From Nitrospira japonica (GTDB lineage Bacteria > Nitrospirota > Thermodesulfovibrionia > Thermodesulfovibrionales > SM23-35), in assembly GCA_020725385.1 (NCBI GenBank), contig DYFC01000010.1, positions 23,789 to 87,788 of the forward strand: a stretch of 64,000 nucleotides of DNA, written 5' to 3'. A program made the position numbers and the translations under genes. Positions within the stretch are counted from its first letter, which is position 1. Each line of letters opens with the position of its first letter. The notes under the pieces were generated by a model. That model made no database searches, was not told where the DNA came from, and saw only the letters and a program-made list of their open reading frames with translations. Positions 39,487 through 46,372 of this stretch are shown here, piece after piece.

Positions 39487-40725
39487 ATGAAAAAAAGTTA
39501 TGCAACAAATGATAAACATATTGTTATAAATGAAAGATCTTTAGTTGCTGTAGAATTTACTATTGAATGGAAAAGTTTTTATGCCTGCCATACTGACTGC
39601 TTCTATACAAGGAATCTTAATTTATGGAGAGATTTACTTCCAGAAAATATTCACAAATCACTTATAGGTAAATATTCGGAGCTGACACTTAATTTTCAGT
39701 GTAATGAATTTTTCAAATTCTGCGAATTCGATGATAATTTGCTTTTTGAGATAAACCAGAAGCAATTTGATAGAAAATGTTTTTTCCCTCTTGAAATTGT
39801 TCCACAATCAGGCAGATTTTACCCTAAAGGAATTTTAAAAGGTCTCCAAAACATATTCAAAGGAAATCAGGAACCTTTTAGATGTGTTAGTTACGATGAA
39901 TCAAACATTATTGTTGACTTTAATCATCCGCTCTCGGGATTGCACCCAAAACTTTCTATGTTTATTCATGAGATTAGAACTAAATCAGGTGAAACAGGGG
40001 GAGAATGTACAGATTGGATCGAAACAATCATTAACGGTCCAGGAATGCAGGCTCGCTGGAATGAAACTCCAACAGATTTTTTCAAAGACAATCCTTTTTC
40101 AAGAACCGATGAAAATAACGATACGCTTTTTTACGAAAAACCTCGTTTTACATCACATGTAGATAAAAAAGCCCGGTCAATAATTTCAGGGATATATGGA
40201 AATATCTTAAAAGACGGAATGAAAGTTCTTGACCTTATGAGTAGCTGGCAATCCCACGTGCCGGGGCATGTTGAACTCGATTCTTTGATAGGAATCGGGT
40301 TGAACAAAGAAGAGATGGAATTAAACTTTCAACTTAATGAACATATTGTCTATGATTTAAATCGAACCCCTGTTTTGCCTTTTAGAGACTCTGAATTTGA
40401 TTCTGTCATCTGCTCATTATCAATTGAATATCTAACAAAACCATTCGAAATTTTTAAGGAAATTGCAAGGATTTTGAAACCGGGTGGATATTTTATTACA
40501 ACATTTTCTAATAGATGGTTTCCGCCTAAGGTTATAAGAATATGGACAGAACTTTATGAGTTTGAACGAATGGGACTTGTTCTTGAATATTTCATAAGAA
40601 CCGGTAAATTCAAAAATCTTCATACTTATTCAATGAGAGGACTTCCCAGAGCATGGGATGACAAATATTTCCCTGAGTTCCCTCTATCAGACCCTATATA
40701 TGCAGTATGGGGAATGAGAGGTTAA
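39487..40725 (+). CDS. fusion of an FKBP/SlyD-like N-terminal domain with a class I SAM-dependent methyltransferase
   Basis: The C-terminal half has VLDLMSSWQSHVP ... DSVICSLSIEYL ... ILKPGGYFITTF (Methyltransf_11-like). The N-terminal ~175 aa end in IIVDFNHPLSGLHPKLSMFIHEIR, reminiscent of the FKBP/SlyD (D)xNHPLAG motif. The ATG at 39487 is preferred over the track start at 39472. Confidence 0.6.
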   Translation: MKKSYATNDKHIVINERSLVAVEFTIEWKSFYACHTDCFYTRNLNLWRDLLPENIHKSLIGKYSELTLNFQCNEFFKFCEFDDNLLFEINQKQFDRKCFFPLEIVPQSGRFYPKGILKGLQNIFKGNQEPFRCVSYDESNIIVDFNHPLSGLHPKLSMFIHEIRTKSGETGGECTDWIETIINGPGMQARWNETPTDFFKDNPFSRTDENNDTLFYEKPRFTSHVDKKARSIISGIYGNILKDGMKVLDLMSSWQSHVPGHVELDSLIGIGLNKEEMELNFQLNEHIVYDLNRTPVLPFRDSEFDSVICSLSIEYLTKPFEIFKEIARILKPGGYFITTFSNRWFPPKVIRIWTELYEFERMGLVLEYFIRTGKFKNLHTYSMRGLPRAWDDKYFPEFPLSDPIYAVWGMRG

Positions 40726-40739
40726 TGTACATATCTTAT

Positions 40740-41465
40740 CTATTCAATGCGCACGAATTTTTCTTTTGCAACCATCCGGATAAGATTCTCTGATGCAGCC
40801 TCAAGACTAATCTTGTCAAGGGATTCCATGGTAACCATCACAGAATATTCCAGATTATCGAGTACAGGATAGGAACCTATCTTAACGGTCTTAAATCTTT
40901 TCACAATATCATTAAGCAAAGGAGCAACTGTTGATTCTGATTCATTAAGATATATCTTTTTTAAATGTACAACAGGTTCATTGAAAAGCTTTTCTATTGC
41001 AAAGAATTTTTTTCTTAGAAGCTGGGGAATACCCGGAAGAATATAAACGTTTAAAAACTTTATTAAAGGGAAAGTTAAGTTATTGTCATTTATAAGTTCA
41101 GCACCTTCAGGAACTTCAGCCATTTTGAGTTGTTCTGGAGATAATTTGCCTAATTTCAACTCGAGAAATGCTTTTAGAGTTGGATCTATCACTGTTCTAA
41201 CATTGAAAGCTCTAGAAATGCCTTCTATTGTTACGTCATCATGAGTAGGACCGATTCCACCTGATGTGAAGACAAAATCGTATTTTTTTGAGAATTCTCT
41301 CACCTCATTTGCAATTTCATCTACATTATCCGGAATTATAGAAATACGGCTTAACTGAATTCCGTGAGCCCATAATTCCTGAGCCATAAAAAAGGAATTG
41401 TAGTCCTGAACCTTTCCTGTGAGTATCTCGTCTCCGATTATTATTATGCCTGCTGTTTTAGCCAT
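40740..41465 (-). CDS. MoaB/Mog/CinA-N-type molybdopterin-binding-fold protein
   Basis: 241 aa with IIIIGDEILTGKVQDYN and TSGGIGPTHDDVT. Confidence 0.7.
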   Translation of the reverse strand: MAKTAGIIIIGDEILTGKVQDYNSFFMAQELWAHGIQLSRISIIPDNVDEIANEVREFSKKYDFVFTSGGIGPTHDDVTIEGISRAFNVRTVIDPTLKAFLELKLGKLSPEQLKMAEVPEGAELINDNNLTFPLIKFLNVYILPGIPQLLRKKFFAIEKLFNEPVVHLKKIYLNESESTVAPLLNDIVKRFKTVKIGSYPVLDNLEYSVMVTMESLDKISLEAASENLIRMVAKEKFVRIE

Positions 41466-41525
41466 CTTATATGTAATTATCTATTATTTATCAAAGTAGT
41501 GCAATCGTTTTTTAAAGAATTTTAA

Positions 41526-41559
41526 ATAAAAAAGGCAGGATTTGGGATTACCCTGCCTT
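41526..41559 (-). terminator. intrinsic terminator after the Cys/Asp-repeat protein gene
   Basis: The minus strand reads AAGGCAGG-GTAATCCCAAAT-CCTGCCTT followed by TTTTTTAT. It starts 24 nt after the stop at 41583. Confidence 0.7.
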
Positions 41560-41582
41560 CAAAGAATTTTATTATTTTTAAC

Positions 41583-42800
41583 TTATGCTTTTTGCTTCTT
41601 TTTCAAATAAAAAATTGCACCTATCCCGGCAATAAGCATAAAGATAAGCATTCCCCATTCTGTCATTGTTGGTATACTTAAAGGATTATTTAAAGGGTCT
41701 TGACAGGTACCATAGTGTATTGGTGTTGGTAATTCTTCTCCCGGAGGAACAGGTGTCTGGGATGTATCAACAGTGCCTGTTTGATTTGTAGCGAATACTA
41801 ATGCTCCACCTGCATTCCATGCACTCGTACGCAAGTCAATATTTCCGATTGCATTAAAAGTTCCGCTTCCCTGTAAACTCATTGCTCCAAATACAACAAC
41901 TTCCTGACTTGTTGCAACTGTCAATTGTCCGGTAGTTGTTATCGCTACATTATAAGGTATAAAAAAGCAAGAAAAGGCACAGATTCCTTCAAATGAAGTG
42001 CCTGGTGGAAGTTCATATGTCCCATCGTTATTATAATCTCTTAATTCTGGATCACCTGCACATGAATTATCGCAGTTTGTATCAGCTTCAAGGACACCAT
42101 CATTGTCACAGTCTCTCAGAAACGGGCCAACATTCATAGGAGTTAGCATATTATTACCTGTACTAAAAGAAGGGACTGGATTAAAGATAGCATCTCGAGC
42201 ATCAATAACTGTTGCAGCATGTGAGTAATCGAAGGCAAGTCCAATAAAAATAGCAATGGTACAGAATCTGTATAACATCTGTAGTGCTTTGTTTAAACCT
42301 GCTTTTGCAAATTCTCTTCTGGTTGTCTGATCATTCATTACTCCCTCACCTGAACCACATCCTTCACAAGGAGGATTGTCGCCAGAACATGTATCAGACC
42401 CTGTACAATTATCAGTTGCACATACATCTGAGTATGTACACCCAGTAGTAACATCAATACGGCAAAGATCAATATTACAGCTTCCGGACTTATCCAAAGT
42501 ACATATATCAGTATTACAGAATGGGCTTTGTTGATTTTGAATATCAAGTTTACATTTATCAATTCCGCATGCATTCGTTATGTCAACCTGGCATGAATCC
42601 GCAGTAGTACAATAATCTTTACCACTACAGGTATCTGAAACAGTACATAAATCAGGATTACAACCATTAACAGCATAAGCATTTGTAGAAAACATTGTTG
42701 CATTAATTTTTCTCAGAGGCGGAAGTTCGGATACAACACCAATGGCTACCATTCCCCCTGTAACTCTATACAACCATCTCAAAAATTCCCTCCTTCTCAT
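41583..42800 (-). CDS. Tat-signal-like, C-x(2,3)-D tandem-repeat protein with internal second signal-like segment and IPTL-CTERM-type anchor (candidate radical-SAM substrate)
   Basis: 405 aa. It starts MRRREFLRW. Residues 47-148 contain 18 Cys arranged as CNPDLCTVSDTCSGKDYCTTADSCQVD...CTGSDTCSGDNPPCEGC. Residues 159-195 read TTRREFAKAG...IAIFIGLAFDYSHA. The C-terminus is IPTMTEWGMLIFMLIAGIGAIFYLKKKQKA. Confidence 0.75.
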   Translation of the reverse strand: MRRREFLRWLYRVTGGMVAIGVVSELPPLRKINATMFSTNAYAVNGCNPDLCTVSDTCSGKDYCTTADSCQVDITNACGIDKCKLDIQNQQSPFCNTDICTLDKSGSCNIDLCRIDVTTGCTYSDVCATDNCTGSDTCSGDNPPCEGCGSGEGVMNDQTTRREFAKAGLNKALQMLYRFCTIAIFIGLAFDYSHAATVIDARDAIFNPVPSFSTGNNMLTPMNVGPFLRDCDNDGVLEADTNCDNSCAGDPELRDYNNDGTYELPPGTSFEGICAFSCFFIPYNVAITTTGQLTVATSQEVVVFGAMSLQGSGTFNAIGNIDLRTSAWNAGGALVFATNQTGTVDTSQTPVPPGEELPTPIHYGTCQDPLNNPLSIPTMTEWGMLIFMLIAGIGAIFYLKKKQKA

Positions 42801-42803
42801 TAA

Positions 42804-44282
42804 CTATCCTCCTTTCTTATCTGCTATGAGATAAGGTTGTGTTGTTTCTTCATAAATATCACTTAAAATATCTTTATCGCTTACATTCAATTCTGAATTT
42901 ATAGCCATCGCACATTCTACCTGATGTTTAATTATTTTGCAACTCTTCTCACATGGAATTTCTATCGAATCATTAGTCATTAAAGCATGATGCCAGCATC
43001 CTCCACCACAAAAATATCTTACCCAGCAATCCTTGCAAGGTTGACGATTGTCTACTGATAGATTAAGTATTTTCTCCTGAAGTCTTAAATCCAGACCATT
43101 TTCAATATCACCCATCCGGTAATCTTCCATACCTACAAAACGATGACAGGGATAAAATCCACCATCTTGTGACAATGCAAAATAAGTTCTAAAAGCCCCG
43201 CAGAAATAAGGACTGCGGTCTCTTACAATCCTTGTCATTCTAATAAACCTTACTAAATTTGTATAATTAAAATATCTGTTTTGTCTAACGCTATCAACTA
43301 AATAAAGGGCAACTGTTTCAATCTGTTTTTTTATTTCCTCAATGTCTTCATCTGTTACTGTTAATTCTCCTGCTCCGGCAACAGATGGTTCGGTATGAAC
43401 TGAACCAAACCCAAGCGAAAGAAGATGGTCTACAACAAGTGGTATATTAACTGTTCCTCTTGGGATTGTAACTCTTGCAGGAACTCTATCAGGTCTTGCA
43501 GAGATAAGACGCTTTATTCCAGAAACGACAAGATCATATGAGCCTTTACCGTTAGGTAATATTCTGTTCAAATTATGTATTTCTTTTGGTCCATCTATTG
43601 ATATTTGACAACCAATATTGTTTTTAACAACAAAATCTACTACTTCGTCATTAAGAAGGATTCCATTGGTAACAAGAGACATACTAACTTTCTTTTCCAT
43701 CTCTTTTTCCTTCTCTCTAACATAAGAAACTATTTCTTTTATGAGTCTAAATTCAAGGAGAGGTTCTCCCCCAAAGAAAATCAGACTTAAATCTTTATGC
43801 TTTCCTGAATTATTAAAAAGAAAATCAACACCCTTCTTTGCTATATCAATTGACATGCTTTTTCTTTTCGCACCATATAAATAAGGCTGTTGCTCCCATT
43901 CCTGCATTCCGTGCGAGCCATAGCAGTAACGGCATCTCATATTGCAGTCATGTGTAACCATAAGTTCAAGATGCCTTAATCCATAGCGCTTTTTTAGTGG
44001 CGGAAGATCCCGAAAATCATTATCATTATTATCAAATATAAACTTTTCTTTTTTTAAATATTTCAAAACTTCTTTTATTTCCCATTTTGGATATTTATCC
44101 TTTAAGGCTCTTAAGGGGTCAGCTTTATTATTTTTTTCAAGAAGCTTTACTATTTCACAAACCAGGGGAGTTACTTCATAGAAAAGCATTGTTTTGACAT
44201 TGAATAGGATATTCTTACCTAAACGATTGAAAAGGTAGTGTTCAACAATCTTATATTCAGTCTGTTTATTAAAGATACCCAT
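42804..44282 (-). CDS. radical SAM/SPASM-domain maturase with N-terminal RRE-like extension
   Basis: Radical-SAM cluster motif HDCNMRCRYCYG, and a SPASM signature (FCGAF...DGGFYPC ... CKDCWVRYFCGGGC ... C). The ~95-110-aa N-terminal extension is consistent with a RiPP recognition element (RRE). The likely start is MGIFNKQ at 44282, because the ORF-track start at 44330 runs into a RayT remnant. Confidence 0.85.
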   Translation of the reverse strand: MGIFNKQTEYKIVEHYLFNRLGKNILFNVKTMLFYEVTPLVCEIVKLLEKNNKADPLRALKDKYPKWEIKEVLKYLKKEKFIFDNNDNDFRDLPPLKKRYGLRHLELMVTHDCNMRCRYCYGSHGMQEWEQQPYLYGAKRKSMSIDIAKKGVDFLFNNSGKHKDLSLIFFGGEPLLEFRLIKEIVSYVREKEKEMEKKVSMSLVTNGILLNDEVVDFVVKNNIGCQISIDGPKEIHNLNRILPNGKGSYDLVVSGIKRLISARPDRVPARVTIPRGTVNIPLVVDHLLSLGFGSVHTEPSVAGAGELTVTDEDIEEIKKQIETVALYLVDSVRQNRYFNYTNLVRFIRMTRIVRDRSPYFCGAFRTYFALSQDGGFYPCHRFVGMEDYRMGDIENGLDLRLQEKILNLSVDNRQPCKDCWVRYFCGGGCWHHALMTNDSIEIPCEKSCKIIKHQVECAMAINSELNVSDKDILSDIYEETTQPYLIADKKGG

Positions 44283-44301
44283 ATTCTTCAGGTTGAAATA
44301 T

Positions 44302-44330
44302 AATATAGCTATTTGACCTAACAAATTCAA
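44302..44330 (-). promoter_or_regulatory. candidate sigma-70 promoter for the radical-SAM operon
   Basis: The minus strand reads TTGAAT-17 nt-TATATT (-35 at 44330-44325, -10 at 44307-44302), about 20 nt upstream of the ATG at 44282. Such matches are common by chance in AT-rich DNA. Confidence 0.3.
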
Positions 44331-44640
44331 TTAAATAAATCAAGCAGGGGCAATTCATGAATTGCCCCTGCACAATCCGTTTCAATACATATAATTCCAT
44401 GAATATGGTTAGGCATAATTATATATTCATCCAGTTCAATATCCGGAAATTGAACTGGAATTTCTATCCAATATTGTTGGGCAATTATCCCATACTCATT
44501 TAACTTCATCCTACTATTAATCACGTCCCCAAATAAATAATCCTTATTTTTGTGCATATTGGAATGAAATACGCTCCTGATTGTGAATAATTATAACCTT
44601 TCAGCCGTATTGATTTTCTTTTATGAATATCTGGATTATA
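44327..44640 (-). pseudogene. truncated, frameshifted RayT / IS200-like Y1 transposase remnant
   Basis: Nucleotide-level homology to 49179-49480. The 76-aa ORF retains ...MPNHIHGIICIE..GAIHELPL but lacks the C-terminal ~90 aa. The N-terminal ~30 codons (44558-44640) are out of frame. Homology stops at the palindrome at 44344-44371. Confidence 0.8.
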
Positions 44641-44809
44641 CACTCCAATTCACTATACCCCTTGCCTTCTCAAGACTGTTTTTGACCAATTCGCACACCG
44701 CCCAATAGACTTCATTCCTTTCATCTTCTGTCAGGCCAAAGATGTTGAATACAATATCGTCAAGGGCTTTACGGTCAGGAAGGGGTTTTGGTTTTTGTTT
44801 ACGGATGGG
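44636..44809 (-). repeat. gene-3'-end fragment, copy A
   Basis: The minus-strand translation is PIRKQKPKPLPDRKALDDIVFNIFGLTEDERNEVYWAVCELVKNSLEKARGIVNWSV*. No upstream gene body is present. Confidence 0.7.
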
Positions 44810-44851
44810 TCAGGTTGGATTGTTGGTGAGTGCTAGATGTATCAACATTGA

Positions 44852-45073
44852 CTATTTCAAAAAGTCTATGAATTCATCTACAGTCAGTTTAGATTGTTCA
44901 ATAATGCTATACAGTGTTCCTTTTTTTAAATCCCGTGAATGAACAGGAATAGTTACTCGCAAAGAGCCTTTTTTAAAAATCTTATGACTGCCTTTTTGTC
45001 TATGCTCTACAAAACCTGCCCTTTGAAGCGCCTTTATAACATCGCTGCTTTTAAGCGCTGGCAATCTGCTCAT
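44852..45073 (-). CDS. hicA: HicA-family mRNA interferase toxin
   Basis: 73 aa: LPALKSSDVIKALQRAGFVEHRQKGSHKIF. Confidence 0.85.
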   Translation of the reverse strand: MSRLPALKSSDVIKALQRAGFVEHRQKGSHKIFKKGSLRVTIPVHSRDLKKGTLYSIIEQSKLTVDEFIDFLK

Positions 45074-45293
45074 ATGGGGATTCCACTTCTACAATAAGAT
45101 GGTCTTCTTCCGGAATTGGAAGGCCATCGGCTTGCAGACTCTCAAGGTAAAGCGCTATGGCCTCTTTAATATTCGCCAATGCCTCGTCATAAGTATCACC
45201 TTCAGATATACAGCCTGGCAAAGAAGGAACCGTTGCGGTATAGCCGCCTTCTTCCTGTGGCTCAAATATAACCTTATAATATTTTTTTGCCAT
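45051..45293 (-). CDS. hicB: HicB-family antitoxin
   Basis: 80 aa: YKVIFEPQEEGGYTATVPSLPGCISEGDTYDEALANIKEAIALYLE. It overlaps hicA. Confidence 0.85.
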   Translation of the reverse strand: MAKKYYKVIFEPQEEGGYTATVPSLPGCISEGDTYDEALANIKEAIALYLESLQADGLPIPEEDHLIVEVESPYEQIASA

Positions 45294-45323
45294 ATATCCT
45301 CCTGATTTTCAATTATACCAGAT

Positions 45324-45431
45324 TCATAAACTCTTAGCCTTATTCAATCTATTAGCGACTAATTCACACACCGACCAGTAAACCTCATTCCTCTCGGCTT
45401 CCGTCAAACCGAGGATGTCGAAGAAGATATC
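45324..45431 (-). repeat. gene-3'-end fragment, copy B
   Basis: The minus-strand translation is DIFFDILGLTEAERNEVYWSVCELVANRLNKAKSL*. Confidence 0.7.
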
Positions 45432-45555
45432 ATAAAAAAATGCATTTGAGAGTCAAAATTGGTATTTCAGCAAGAACACTATTGTGGAAAGTAGAAAGAA
45501 TTATATCGCTATTGTCAATAATTTTTTGTGATCATAGCGTAGCTTACTTAAGGTC

Positions 45556-46008
45556 TCAAGATTTGAACATTAATAATTCATCAAGCAATTCGTTAGAAAC
45601 ATAAAAACCCTTATCTTTAAGTTCTTGAGCCTTTTTAAAAGCGCTCTCTATAAGTCCAAGTTTTTCGGCTTTTAACAAAACACCAATACTACCACTAATA
45701 GACAATCCTAAATCTTCTGCAACCTTTCGAGCTTTTAAATCATCAATTAATGCTCTAAAATTAGTCTCATAGGCAAGGGCTATAACCTCAGATTCACCTC
45801 TTCCTAAGTTTAAATTACGCATTAAGACATTGATTAATCTGCTTTCAACCTTTCGCACTAATAAGCAATCAATATTGATTTCGCCAAATTCTTTGACCAC
45901 AGCATCAGGCAAAATAATCTCCTTATAGATTTTACAGAGAATTTGTAAGAGATCAATTCGTTCGAAGGCTATTAAAACAGAGGCATCAACAATGACTGCT
46001 TCAGGCAT
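45556..46008 (-). CDS. DUF3368/PIN-like nuclease-fold toxin
   Basis: The likely start is MPEAVIVDASVLIAF, overlapping the antitoxin stop by 8 nt. It pairs with a UPF0175 protein as in the known DUF3368/UPF0175 modules. Confidence 0.7.
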   Translation of the reverse strand: MPEAVIVDASVLIAFERIDLLQILCKIYKEIILPDAVVKEFGEINIDCLLVRKVESRLINVLMRNLNLGRGESEVIALAYETNFRALIDDLKARKVAEDLGLSISGSIGVLLKAEKLGLIESAFKKAQELKDKGFYVSNELLDELLMFKS

Positions 46009-46222
46009 TCGATAGTTCTTTCTCAAGATTCAGTTTTTGAAACTTTATTGGAGCTATCCCCTTATGCAGCAATATCTCAACAAATGCCTTTTCAGAATAC
46101 CCGGCTATCTCAGATGCTTTACCAAGAGATATTAAATCTTCGTCAAGAAGCTTTATGGCAAGCAATAGTTTTAATTCTTCTTCCGGTATATTTAGCTCAG
46201 GTATAGTTAGTGATTTGCCCAT
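46001..46222 (-). CDS. UPF0175-family antitoxin
   Basis: 73 aa: EELKLLLAIKLLDEDLISLGKASEIAGYSEKAFVEILLHKGI. Confidence 0.7.
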   Translation of the reverse strand: MGKSLTIPELNIPEEELKLLLAIKLLDEDLISLGKASEIAGYSEKAFVEILLHKGIAPIKFQKLNLEKELSNA

Positions 46223-46372
46223 TTATACCCTTCTTTCTTTAAAAGAATTATAACATAGCCCTTCGAAAGAAGACATCATGCAGTAACCCGTGTATCCCAT
46301 CTGCGCATCTTCTCAAGCTCCTTCAATATCTTGGCCTCGGAGATGCCTTCTTTCCGGAATATAACTAAATCT

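Noticed and set aside
42338-42574. 78-aa alternative-frame ORF inside the Cys/Asp-repeat gene.
   Set aside because: It overlaps the repeat-encoding region in a different frame and has no motifs. The main frame carries the signal, repeat and IPTL-CTERM features.
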